This document shows, one piece after another, positions 12,697-24,574 of a stretch of DNA of 64,000 nt. The translations under genes were made by a program, and so were the position numbers. Within the stretch, counting starts at the first letter, position 1, and each line of letters begins with the position of its first letter. Origin of the DNA: Ginglymostoma cirratum (Eukaryota); NCBI GenBank assembly GCA_024137785.1, contig JAHRHZ010000263.1, positions 23,581,254-23,645,253 on the forward strand. Direction: 5' to 3'. The notes beneath the pieces were generated by a model, which was given only the letters and a program-made list of their open reading frames with translations, was not told the DNA's origin and searched no databases.

Positions 12697-13558
12697 AATC
12701 TGATAATGGCCGGAAAGAAGCTGTTGCTGAACCTGCTTGTGTGTGTGTTCAGGTTTTGGTATCTCCTGCCTGACGGAAGAGGTTATAGGAGGTCATTACC
12801 AGGGTGCGATGGGTCTTTGCCTTTCTGGGGCAGCGTGCTGTGCAAGTAGAGTTCATGGATGGAAGGTTGGCTTCCATGATGGTCTGGGCTGTGCACACCA
12901 CCTTCTGCAGCTCCTTATGGTCCTGGGCAGAGCAGTTGACATACCTGGCAGTTATGCATCCCGACAATATGCTTTCAATGGTGCATCTGTAGAAGTTGGT
13001 AAAGGACCTTTATGGACATGCCAAATTTCCTGAGCTGTCTAAGAATAAGAGGCATTATTGTGCCTCTGTCAGTGTTGCATTTATGTGGGAAGTCCAGGAC
13101 AGGTCATCACTGTCACTCCACGAAACTTGATGCTCTTCACTCTCTCAGCCTCAGTTCCGATGATGTAGATGGGGGCATGTTCTACTCCTTTCTTTCTGAA
13201 GTTAATCATCAGTTCTTTAGTTTTGATGATGTTGAGAGACAGATTGTTTTCATTGCACCACATCACCAAGCCCTCTATCTCCCTTCTGTATTTTGACATG
13301 TCATTGTTAGATATCCATCCCACTATGGTGGTGCCATCAGTGAACTTGTAGATGGCGTTCGTTTGGAATTTGGCAACACAGTCGCAGGTGTACAGGGAGC
13401 ACAGTAGGACACATCCTTGGGGGGGGCTCCAGTGTTGAGTGTTATTGTGGAGGAGGTGCAATTACCTATCGTCACTGATTGCAGCCTATGGGTCAGAAAG
13501 CTGAGGATCCAGTTGCAGAGAGCAGAGCTGAGACGAAGGTCACACAGTTTTGAGAGCA
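12697..13558 (-). mobile_element. Rex1/Babar-type LINE RT fragment
   Basis: [16 protein letters not shown]...[25 protein letters not shown]...WCNENNLSLNIIKTKELMINFRK. Confidence 0.85.
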
Positions 13559-13559
13559 T

Positions 13560-14030
13560 AGTGTAAAGAAAACAATCTCTCCATTAATGTCAGCAAAACA
13601 AGCTGCTTGTTGACTTCACAAGGCAGAGTTGAAGGCTCGACCCTGTCTGTGCTGAGGTGGAGATGGTCGAAAACGTCAAGTTCCTAGAGTGATAATCACC
13701 AGCAATCTCTCCTGGTCCATCCATGTCAATGCGATGGTCAAGGAAGCACAACAACATCTCTACTTCCTAAGGAAATTCGGCATATCCATAAGGACTCTGA
13801 GCAATTTTTATAGATGCACCATAGAAAGCATCCTATCTGATGCATCACAGCATAGTATGGTGACTGCTATTCCCAAGACCGCAAGAGACTATTGAGTCGT
13901 GAACACAGTCCAGCCCATCATGCAAATCAGCCTTCCAACCATTGACTCCATCTATACTTCCTGATGCCTCAGGAAAGCAGCCAACCTTGTCTAAAACCTC
14001 TCTCACTCAGTTATACTCTCTTCCATTGGG
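13560..14030 (+). mobile_element. Rex1/Babar-type LINE 3' fragment
   Basis: NLSWSIHVNAMVKEAQQHLYFLRK...LSNFYRCTIESIL. Confidence 0.8.
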
Positions 14031-14059
14031 CAGAACATATAAAAGTCAAATCTATATAT

Positions 14060-14930
14060 TTGACAGAGGAAGGAACTTTACGATGTGAAATCTTTAAAAT
14101 TGTGTTATGTGTAAAGAGCCTGGCTTTATCAATTTTATTTTCATTTCTTTTTACATGATAAACCAAATTTTTAGCATTGTATGCTTGTGTTTCCATGAAA
14201 GACAGCCTCTTTGAATACAAAATCTATCAAGCCAGCTTTCCGTCTGGGATCTGACTTGTCCTGTAGTAATATCAGCAGGGATCATAACAAGTGCATGCTC
14301 ATCTGGGCATTGAATTTACTTGATCTGTGTTCTTTTAAAAGTAAGGGGTACATGACAGTTTTGGACCTAAAATGGCTGTGTGTGGTAAAGTTTATTGCAT
14401 GGAATTTGAAGATGGCTTTGAATGTTGCTTAGAATTTTCTGGAAATGGAGATATAAATGGATTATTTGAATCTTTGACTAGAGCTTTGTTGTGTTCAGTC
14501 TTTTACAATGAAACCTTGTTATTTTCTTTATACACGTTTTGTTCTAGCCATTCATTTTTACTATTCTGGGTAATAGTCACAGATCTCTCTTAAATTCAGT
14601 GAACTCAGATCCCACAATAGCCCCCATTTGTTGTGATCACAACTAATGCTACTACTGGACAAGTCAGATCCTAGAATGAAATCTGACTTAATGGATCATA
14701 TTTTGCACTCTTTCCAATTTAATGTGGCAAATGTTCACTAAAGTGTAAACATGCCAGGCTACAATTTGGTTTTAACAATTAAACACAAGTTTATTATGCA
14801 GTGGAAAGAAAAATAAATGAGCAGCTTTTTTTTGACTCTCAGTAGTTTATTCCTTAGCTGCTCTGATCAAGTTCCTTTTTCTAGGAGAATCTGTTCTCAT
14901 GTCTGACTTCAGTAAGGTCTCCCTCAAACT
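14060..14930. mobile_element. Two LTR-like fragments in opposite orientation (about 14060-14289 +, about 14629-14930 -)
   Basis: Share the terminus gggatctgacttgtcc...gggatcataACA with 50500-50558. Confidence 0.45.
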
Positions 14931-15019
14931 AAACTTGGAAGCTTTTAACTAAATTAAGAAAAACCTGTTCATCCCAGCTCCTGATAAGCCATGGCTTCGT
15001 TTTTTTCCCTGTTGTAATC

Positions 15020-15200
15020 AGAGAATCCCTACAGCATGGAAGCAAGCCACTGGGCCCATCAAGTCCACACCAACCCTCCAAACCCACCCACCCCCAATCT
15101 CTGTAACCCTGCATTTCCCATGGATAATCTACCTAATTTGCATATCTTTAGAGTGTGGGATGAAACCCATGGGGATAACATGCAAACTCCACAGACAGAT
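15020..15200 (-). mobile_element. HE1-like SINE fragment
   Basis: Homologous to the body and tail of the SINE at 20651-20955. Confidence 0.75.
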
Positions 15201-17158
15201 TTGACTTTCAAACTATTTAATTTCTGAAGATTGTAATTTGTTTTGGATGCCATGAAAGTAACAGAAGTTCCTCTCACCATACAAGCTACCTGTTGGGGCT
15301 CAAGTGAAAGCTTTAGAATCTTGAATGCATCATAAAAGTATTTAAATAGTTGAAAGGAGATTAACTGCAAGAAGCACCAGTAACATATTTAATGTATTTT
15401 ATTGTGTTTACTTTTTGCAACCTTGAATTTTCCTTCAATACCATAGTATTTATTATTCTTGAAGTTGGTGGTAGCATAAATAATGCAAAAGTTATGTTCA
15501 TGAACTTAAAATGTAGTTCAGTGTTAGGTGAACATGTTTAGAAATAACATTGAAGGATCATTTTAGCAGCAGAACTGTTAAGATTGAAGTTTCACTGTCA
15601 TTTTTAGGGTACATTTAAAAGAAAATTGAAATAATTGCAGTCTTGCTCAGATTATATTAATTTGATGAAAATATTAACTTATTTTACTAAAATAGTCGCT
15701 CATTGGGTCAAATCATAATCTGTGCCTATATAATGGCTTTATACAGTTTGTGCATTTAACAAAGTGTAACATTACATTTTTACAAAAACAGAAGAGCCTA
15801 CTGTAATTAATAAATACGTTTGAGCATTTGCTTCTTGATCTTTGAAAGTGTCTGCATTTCCTTCTTTCCCACTGGATTTTTGTTTCATTGCTCACCAGTC
15901 ATGACATCAAAAAATTTCCCTACAACAAATTTGAGAATAATTCTGTCTAATCACAATACTACAGCAAAACAAAATTCAGAATATTGCTGCTGTCTTACCT
16001 GGAGAGAAACATCAGATAAGTATTCCTTTAAATATAAATTTTGAGTCTTACACATCCTCAGGAATAGAATGGCAGAAGGATCACAAAATGAAAGATCCAA
16101 CTCTGTTTCCAGCAGTGCAAATATAGAGGTACCTAGGTCTTTAAAGCATATCACTCAGATTAAATAATCTGACAATATTCTTGGCAAAAGTGGACCAGAA
16201 ACAACTATTAGAAAATGAATTAGTGTTAGAAAACTGGGAGTTACTCAAGGAGGAGATAGAGAAGGTTAAGAATAAATATGCTCCTAGAAAGCAAAAAAGT
16301 GAAACTTCTAAAATTAGACACATCTGTTAAGAGATCATACAGTAGGATAAGCCAAGAAAGTAAAGAATGTGTTAAAACTCCTGATTTTCTTGACGTATAT
16401 TAATTACCTAGACTTTGTGGTGTACACAGCGTGATTTCAAAATCTGCAGATGAGATTGTATAATTGAGTTTTTTTTGAACAATTTTTGTACTTTATATGC
16501 AAGAAAGGTTATATTAGAGATCTACAGAACAGAGAAAGTTCCTTTGGACCATTGTTTAGATATTATGGTGATTAATTGTGGTCAATATAAGGCCAGAGTC
16601 TTATACTTTTGTATGCAGCAATATGCTTCTGGGTAAGATTTAGCCTGAGACAAACGGAGTGCCATTTTTTTAAGGCTTGCTGTGAATGTACTTTGAAACA
16701 AAACAGCTGTAGATTTCAATACACAGTTATTACTTAGCTTTGTAACTTTAAAGTGCCTTAAACAGAAACAGTCACTTTGTTTAAAGTATGTAATATGCAT
16801 GGAATAGGGGAATATGGACCTCACAAGAGGCAAAAAGTGTTTAGTTTAGAAAGGCATCATCATACAGAATTGGTGAGCTGAGGTTTAATTCTTGGCAACA
16901 TAACCCTAATCCTCTGAAGAACAAAGGGAGATGGTACTGTCCTTTCAAAGTGACATTTGTGTTAACTTGTTCCAAGAACCAGCAGTCACTGTGAAGTTAC
17001 TTATTAACAAATGGCTCCTGAACTTTCCAGACACTTAGGTGTACTAATTAGACATTTCAGATGATGATCCTGTGATATGTTATTGTATGAGAGCTATAAA
17101 TTCAATAACCTATTGGGGAAAGGATGTCATTGAAAGGATGCTGCTAACTAACACAGAA

Positions 17159-17470
17159 TTATAGAATCCTTACAGTGCAGAAAGAAGCCATTTGGCCCAT
17201 CCAGTCTGCACTGACCCTCTGAACAGCATCCCACCCAGACTGTGTGACCTTGCATTTACCATGACCAATCCTCATCTCTGGACACTGTGGGCAATTTAGC
17301 ATAGTCAATCCACCTGACCTACACATTTTTGGACTGTGGGAGAAAACCAGATCACCTGGAAGAAACTCATGCAGACACAGGTAGAATGTGTAAACTCCAT
17401 ACAGATGAAGATGGAATTGAACCCAGGTCCCTGGCACTGTGTGGCAGCAGTGCTGACCTCTGATCCACCA
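17159..17470 (-). mobile_element. HE1-like tRNA-derived SINE (older copy)
   Basis: tRNA-like head at 17410-17470, same body as 20651-20955, tail gattctat. Confidence 0.8.
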
Positions 17471-17542
17471 TATATAGACATCTTCAGGAAACAGTCAGGA
17501 GATAACAGGAGGTGATATCAGTAACAATGACTATCACTGTTA

Positions 17543-17745
17543 AGAATAAAACAAAGAACTGCAGATCAGAAACAAACAAAAACAGAAGTCGCTGCAGAAA
17601 TTCAGCCGGTCTCTGATATTACAAGGAATGAGGATTTTAGTTAAGAGAAAAGGGTATAAATATTGGAACAAAAACAGAGAACATTGGAAATAGTCAGCAG
17701 ATTTGGCAGCAGTTGTGGAAAGAAAAACAGTTAATTCTTCAGGTA
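17543..17745 (-). mobile_element. Two decayed PLE-terminus fragments
   Basis: aaaacaaagaactgcagat...aaacaaaaacagaagtcgctgcagaaattcagc and aacaaaaacagagaacattggaaatagtcagcag...; homologous to 21759-21859 and 22260-22400. Confidence 0.55.
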
Positions 17746-19073
17746 AAAGCTAGGGTTACTTTCTTTGGATCAGAGGTGGCTAAGAAGTTATTTAGTTGAG
17801 GTATATAAAATTATAAAGTGTGTGGACAGAATGATAAAGAGCTTTTTCTGTTAACAGAATTTCAATAAGCACGTGGAATACATTTTAAGTAAATAGTAGA
17901 AGGTGTAGGTGGGGTGTTGAGAAATTTTTTCACTTTGAGTATGGTGCAGATTGACAACTTTGAAAAGGTGACACTCAGCAATTCTCATCTGGTTTAATAA
18001 TAATCGGAAATGCACTTTAAGAGCTACAGACTAAGAGCTGGAAAATGAGATTAGGTGGATAGCTGTCTTTGGCTATTTCTATCTTTCTTCTTACTATTGT
18101 AGGATGCTTATTTCAAGATGCAGCAACATTTCATTCATAGACTTAGGTTTTTAATTTGATTTTTCTCATATTTAAATTAACCTACTTTCCTATGTACCCA
18201 TAGTTGCACTGTGATCTTTTTAAAACCAGAAATACTTTCTTCACCATTCGCTAGACTTCGGGAATAACCTTTTATTGTACCTAAATTTTGTAAAGGCTAA
18301 CCTTTATACTCATTCTTAAGCAATTGTTTAAGAAGCAGGAGCATGCATCTACCATAATGTAATTGATTTTTGAGTTGAAATGAATAACACCAATAAGCCT
18401 TCAAGTGAAGGATTTCACACTTTAGTTGCAAATACTAGTACAGTAATTATAATGGAGTCATAACATGGTTACTGCATCGTAGGTCATTTGGCCTGTTTGG
18501 TTCCGGTCCTTCCTGGAATAGCAATTCACCTACCCTGCATCCTCGGTCTTTTCCCCACAGTCCTGCTATTATTTTTTCCCTTTCAGATTATTGCCCAATT
18601 ATCTTTCGAAAGCCACGAATCTCTCTCCACCTCTGGCAATGCATTCCAGGCCCTAACCACTTGCTGGATTAACCGAAAAAAGGTTAATTTTGCCAATCAT
18701 CCGGAATTGGTGCCCTCTGATTCTCCATCCTTCCGTTAACTGTAAAAGCTTGTCTCTATCTGGTCTGTCCTGGTCCCCGAACAACTGCTGGGCTTCAAAC
18801 GCCTCCATTTTACATCGTGCTCTTCTTTGTTTGCATACGAGGTGGTGGTGGTGGGGGTGGGGCGGGTAGGGAGAAACATAGCAGTGATAACAATAATCGA
18901 TCGAGATGGGGACGGAAAACACCGTTAAGGATATGATCAGCAGGTGCACACATTAACCTTGGCGGTGTGGAGGGAAGAAAAAGTGAAAGAAGCAGCAGCA
19001 GCAGCAGCTGATAGCAACGCCCCCTCCCTCTTCACCATTTGTTTTGATTCCTTGGGTGCGAATGCGCCAAGGC

Positions 19074-19085
19074 TGCGCATGCGCA
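19074..19085. promoter_or_regulatory. NRF1 binding site
   Basis: Perfect palindrome TGCGCATGCGCA, with a related TGCGAATGCGCC just upstream (19057-19068). Typical of TATA-less housekeeping promoters. Confidence 0.7.
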
Positions 19086-19537
19086 CTAAGGCGCCAGCTG
19101 GCTGCTCGGCGGAGGCCGCTTCCAGCCGAAAAAAAACAAGGGGAGAGTTGGGGGGGAGGGAGGAGAGAGAAAAACTTGTAGCTGCGGTCAAAGCAGCTCC
19201 CGCCATCGGCAGAAATAAATATCACCGCTGGGGAGCCTGAGCCTAATCCGATTTAGCCATCCTCCGTCTTTTTTTTTCACTCCGATCGAGTGACGGAGGC
19301 CAGTGCATTGGAGCCTGTGTGTGTGTTTTTTTTCCGCACCCACCCGCCCGCTCCTTTTCCTTCCAATGTTGTTGTTCTTCTCCGCCTCGGCTCACGGATT
19401 TGAATTGTGGGAGAAGCAGGGAGGCCGGAGCCGGATCTGGACGCGCGGCGCCTCCGCCTGCTGGCCGGCCGTGCGTGCGGTGGCCGCCGCCGTTTGAAAA
19501 GGTGGCTTACTCCAGCCTTTTCCCGTCTCCGCCTGCC

Positions 19538-19898
19538 ATGAACGGGGGTGGCGGCGGCGGCGGCGGCGGTGGGCCACTGCCGGGCGGAGGCTCCAAGGTG
19601 AAGTACTGCCGTTACTACGCTAAGGACAAGACCTGTTTCTACGGCGACGAGTGTCAGTTCCTGCACGAGGATCCCAACAATGGCGCCGCTTCCGCGAGCC
19701 TCGGTCTTGTCGTCAATAAAAACCACCCGGGACTGGCAGTCGGGACGGCCGCGGCTGCGCCGGGAGCCGGGGGAGCCGGAGGAGGAGCTGCTGGCGGAGG
19801 AGGGAGCGGCGGCGGTGCCGCCGGGGGAGGATACCCACACGGAGGGCCCAAGAAAAACGAGCTCGGCAGCCTGGTGGAGCCTGGGCAGCTGCTCACCA
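19538..19898 (+). CDS. PAN3: PAN3 coding exon 1 (Gly-rich N-terminus and CCCH zinc finger)
   Basis: ATG in Kozak-like context gcctgccATGa. Translates MNGGGGGGGGGGPLPGGGSKVKYCRYYAKDKTCFYGDECQFLHED..., the C-x8-C-x5-C-x3-H finger of vertebrate PAN3. Donor ACCA|gtgagt at 19898/19899, phase 1. Confidence 0.95.
19549..19569 (+). repeat. (GGC)n trinucleotide repeat encoding poly-Gly
   Basis: ggcggcggcggcggcggcgg run just after the start codon. Confidence 0.9.
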
Positions 19899-20650
19899 GT
19901 GAGTGTGATGTTGGATATGTTTCAGTCCCGTATATTAAACTAGTCCCGAAGGTGCCGCGTATCGAAGGAGACGCTGTTGCGCGATGCAAATATATTCAGT
20001 GTCTATTTTTTTAAACACACGCACACTCCTGCAGAGGAAACGGCGGTTTGCTTGTCAAGTGCACCCGGAAGAGTAGGGTAGACATGCCTCTGTTATCTTT
20101 GATCGATCTTTACCATTAAATATGTCCTGGAAAAGAGTGACTTGTCATAGGATATACATGCTTTCTAAAGTGAAAAATCTGTAATGGTAGCTTTGGGGGA
20201 CTTGGAGAACACGCCTTGTTGATCCACATGAGGCAGACCTACCAAGTAAACAACAGATGTAGGTTTTTCATTGGTGTAGTTGATTCACAATTGTCCTCTT
20301 GTTTATTCTGAAGTTTAATGGATTGAGGTATAGGTTCTAAATATGCTGAATAGCTTTGATACTTTAAAAGTTAAGAGACTTCAAAGAATAAGTATCTCAA
20401 CCCACACTTATTTGGTCACTCTTTAATGAAAAGTAAAACCCTACGGCACTTCAGTGAAGTGCGACTGAACAGACGTTCTCCCAATAAGGGAGATTGGCTG
20501 AGATTACCAAAGGCCAAGTCAGATATGGATTTGGGGGACACATAGCTGTAGGATAACCATCAATCATGGAACAAAAGTAAATTGGGAGTGTATGGTAAAC
20601 ATAAATGGTTGGAATCAGTTTGGCAATTTTCTTTTAGCTCATTTGTTTAA

Positions 20651-20955
20651 TAGAATTAGAATTAGAATCCCTACAGTGTGGAGACAGGTCCTTCGGCCCA
20701 ACAAGTCCACACTGACCCTTGGAACATCCCATCCAGACCCGTCCCCCTATAACCCACACACCCCTGAACACTATGGGCAATTTTAGCATGGCCAATCCAT
20801 CTAGCCTGTACATCTTTGGACTGTGGGAGAAAACCCACACGTACATGGGGAGAATGTGCAAACTCCACACAGACAGTCACCTGGGGCTGGAATCAAACCC
20901 GGGACCCTGGCGCTGTGAGGCTGCAGTGCTAACCACTGAGCCACCGTGCTGCCCC
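20651..20955 (-). mobile_element. Near full-length HE1-like tRNA-derived SINE
   Basis: 5' GGGGCAGCACGGTGGCTCAGTGGTTAGCAC; A box 20933-20943; B-box-like GTTTGATTCC 20889-20898; CR1-like 3' end with (TTCTAA)n tail. Confidence 0.9.
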
Positions 20956-21758
20956 TAGATTATCCCTGATTATGTTTGCTTTCAGGAAGGTAGGCGTAAC
21001 CTGAAAAGTTTAAAAGTTAACTTTATTTAATCTAATCTCAACGCTGTAGTGTGCTGCACATGATATGGTGCTATCGTGTTATATTTTTGCTTGGATAAAT
21101 CTGGTATTTTTCTGATGAATTAGATTTCAATTAGTTGAATTGATTCTGTGAACATTAGGAAATTGTAACAAATACACGTATGCCTTAAACGAAATTAAGG
21201 TAATAGCTGATCAAAGAAATAAGGTACAGTAAGCTTAGTGATAAAGTTACTGATTATGTCAATTTAATTTAAAAGTATTTTAGACAGATGAAAGATCAGA
21301 ACAGGAGTTTTCTATTCATTCCTCAAGTTTGTCCCATTATCCAATTCAGTCATGTTGACTATGTGTCACAATTCCAATAACATGTAGCTGACCCATGTAC
21401 ACCATACCCTTGCTAATAAAAACCTGTTGACCTCAATCTTAACTTTTAATTTAGTCAAGAATCCACAAGCTTTTGATGGAGAAGATTCCACATTTCTGGG
21501 ATACTTTGCATGGAAGAACAGTTTCCTTGTTTTGTTCTTAATGATGCAGCTCTAATTTTATGAAGGTGCCCACTTTTCTGGGTTCTTTGCCAGTGGAACT
21601 AGCTTCTCTGTACTCTATCGAATAACGTATTATTTTAAATACCATAGTTTGATCACCCCTCAACCGTCTACCATAGGTAGTGGTTGAAGCAAACAGTACA
21701 GATACGTTTAAGGGGAAATTTGTCAAGATTCTAAAGGAGAAGAGTGTTATGGTAGACT

Positions 21759-22400
21759 CAAAAACAAAGTTGCTGGAAAAGCTCAGCAGGTCTGGCAGCA
21801 CCTGTGAAGGAAAAAGACAGTGAACGTTTCTGGTCCGATGACCCTTTCTCGGACCTGCTNNNNNNNNNNNNNNNNNNNNNNNNNNNNNNNNNNNNNNNNN
21901 NNNNNNNNNNNNNNNNNNNNNNNNNNNNNNNNNNNNNNNNNNNNNNNNNNNNNNNNNNNNNNNNNNNNNNNNNNNNNNNNNNNNNNNNNNNNNNNNNNNN
22001 NNNNNNNNNNNNNNNNNNNNNNNNNNNNNNNNNNNNNNNNNNNNNNNNNNNNNNNNNNNNNNNNNNNNNNNNNNNNNNNNNNNNNNNNNNNNNNNNNNNN
22101 NNNNNNNNNNNNNNNNNNNNNNNNNNNNNNNNNNNNNNNNNNNNNNNNNNNNNNNNNNNNNNNNNNNNNNNNNNNNNNNNNNNNNNNNNNNNNNNNNNNN
22201 NNNNNNNNNNNNNNNNNNNNNNNNNNNNNNNNNNNNNNNNNNNNNNNNNNNNNNNNNNNAGCAGGTCCGAGAAAGGGTCATCGGACCAGAAACGTTCACT
22301 GTCTTTTTCCTTCACAGGTGCTGCCAGACCTGCTGAGCTTTTCCAGCAACTTTGTTTTTGTTCCTGATTTACAGCATCCGCAGTTATTTTGATTTTTATT
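21759..22400. mobile_element. Palindromic short PLE-derived element spanning an assembly gap
   Basis: 21759-21859 is the exact reverse complement of 22260-22360. The right arm has about 40 extra nt. Degenerate hammerhead core CCGAGAA-A-GGGTC..GACCA-GAAA-CGTT at 22267-22296. Confidence 0.75.
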
Positions 22401-22929
22401 TGTTATGATAGTAGATCTGGATAAGAAAAGATTGGAGGGGACTGAAACAGTGTTTAAACGTTGACATGGACTTGTGGAATGAATGACATGTTTCAGTGCT
22501 TATTTCTGCATTTCTTCTATTCCCTATTTTGAAGTTAGGTTAAGCTATAGTTGTGCAGCTGTGCAAGTTTAATTCTTTTGACAACATCATGGTAAATTTG
22601 GTGCTTTCCAAAGTTGTCATGTTTCCTAAGGTGTACTGCCCACACTGAATAGAGTATTCAAGAAAGGGTATGACCATTTCTATATAAATGAAACAACTTT
22701 TTTCTCAACTCCTTGAAATATGGGTCTGCACACTTTACAGGAGGCTTCTGTCAGTGTTCACTATTACTGTTACAGTGGGGGACCTGGGAGCACCTTCAGG
22801 AAATTATAGGTGATATAGTTCTAGAGAGATGAGATTGAAAGCAGAGAATTTGTTAAACCTGTAGTATTTTAATCAAAGATGATGAGAGGCTATTGAACCT
22901 TTAAGCTGTGTTCGTTAAGGTAGATGCTC

Positions 22930-23315
22930 CACAAGTGTTCACTCCTTCCATCACTGATGCTTAGAAGCAGCTGTGTGTATGATCTATAAGATGCACTGCA
23001 GAGTTTCACCAAAGGTCCTGGGACAGCATCTTCTTAAACGACCACTTTCATCTGAAGGATGAAGGCAGCAGATATATGGGAACAACACCACCTTCAATTT
23101 CCCCTCCAACCCACTCACCATCCTGACAGAATATATCACCATTCCTTCACTGTTGCTGGCTCAAAATCTTGGAATTCCTTGCCTAATGGCATTGTAGGTG
23201 AAAAGAAGCAGGTGGACTGGAGTGGATCAAGAAAGCAGTTAACCACTACCTTCGAGGGCAACTAGTAAATGCTGGCCAGCCAATGATGCCCTCGTCCCAC
23301 AAAATGAATTAAAAA
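22930..23315 (+). mobile_element. L2/CR1-group LINE 3' end
   Basis: Tail ...gagggcaactagtaaatgctggccagccaatgatgccctcgtcccac followed by an A-rich end; same as about 34800-35030 and the reverse complement of 30690-31000. Confidence 0.7.
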
Positions 23316-24574
23316 AAGTAAGAATACCTAATTTAAAAGGGGATAGTATTTTCCTGTACATGGAGAGGGTACTGATGAGTTGACAAGTGGATCCTGAGTG
23401 GTTAGGGCATTACCATGGTGAATGCAAGAGGAAATGTCTTCTAAGCCTAAGCCTTAATTTAGTTAGAAACTGAAATATAAATGAAAATCTTAACAGTTAA
23501 TTATTCTTTGGTGCATTCTCCATAGCAACACCTCAACTGATCATCACCCTTTTCTCATGCAGTATAAATTGTTCTTACCTTGTGAGATTTTGATATTCTT
23601 ATTATTTTGTCCTGCATGTGAGATGGAAAGCTTCAATGGCATACTTTTTCTTTTCAACAGCATTTTAGTTATGTACTATCAAGTAACCATTTATATAAAG
23701 TCTTTGTTAGATCACTGTAGAAATAATGTTGTTTGTTCTGTTTGTCATAATGCAAGAATATATATCCTAGAGAGGATAAGGATTAATTTAGTAGAAAGGT
23801 TGAACAGACTTCATTTTACTAGAAAAGAGAAGACCAAGCGTTCGCCAGAAGACACTTTCAAGATTATGAAAGGATTTGGTGAAAGAAACGTAGAGAAAAT
23901 GTTGTCACTGTAGATGTTATGAAGTTTTCCATAATTTATTATTTGAGTACCTGGGCTCTAAAGTGGAGGGAAAATGGATTTTAGTTTTCAGTTGTGTAAA
24001 GATCTCACCATTCTTTGCGTTCAAAGCAGCATTTAGAAGGAGTTGTATAATTTCAATGAAGTGGCCAGCTTGACATTTGGGGGAATAATTACTGTAGATG
24101 TTTGAGTTTTACAACTCCCGGAGAGAGGGACCACAAATAGGCTTGTGCAGGGGTAGAGAGGGAAAGAGGCTCATAACAGAACAGTTGCAGTTATTTGCAG
24201 TCTCCAAGCAGTCAAGTTTGTGTGAAGTCCTGTGGTACTTTGGAGTCAGTGAGAAGAAAGCTGTAGAAGCAGAAGGGTGCACTGGGCCTGTTCGAGAGTA
24301 AGACATCCTGCAAGATTGTTGAAGACATGAGTTTAGAGAATCCGTTGCTACGTAGCAGTGAACCGAATCAGACAGACATTAACTTAAGAAAATAACATCT
24401 GCTGAATGCGCAGAAATTTGTCAGAAGGAAACCAATTACAGCCATGATGGATGAACAGAAAGCTTTCACGTGACGATGGGGTGACTCTTAACTGAGATTG
24501 GAATGTCTGTTTGGATAAATGGAATGAAACTTTATGATGTTTGTAGTGAGATCTTTCAAATTATTCTTGATTAT

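Larger units (their letters stand above)
18980..20060. promoter_or_regulatory. CpG island / PAN3 promoter and 5' UTR
   Basis: The only GC- and CpG-rich stretch in an otherwise CpG-depleted window; it spans the region upstream of the ATG and exon 1. Confidence 0.85.

Noticed and set aside
18937-19989. Long antisense and alternate-frame ORFs over the CpG island
   Set aside because: Expected from stop-codon scarcity in GC-rich sequence; low complexity, no recognisable domain. An antisense lncRNA cannot be judged from sequence alone.
19319-20014. 231-aa ORF as a complete single-exon gene
   Set aside because: It includes 5' UTR and reads through the gtgagt donor at 19899. PAN3 similarity continues in exon 2 with the correct phase.
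20880-20955. tRNA gene
   Set aside because: The A/B boxes run on into a SINE body and CR1-like tail that recur elsewhere in the window, so this is a SINE head.
21759-22400. MITE / DNA transposon interpretation of the inverted-repeat elements
   Set aside because: The arms are asymmetric, the related 38 kb copy has a long TSD (16 bp), single-arm copies exist, and the arm sequence is related to the 3' terminus of an RT/GIY-YIG element.
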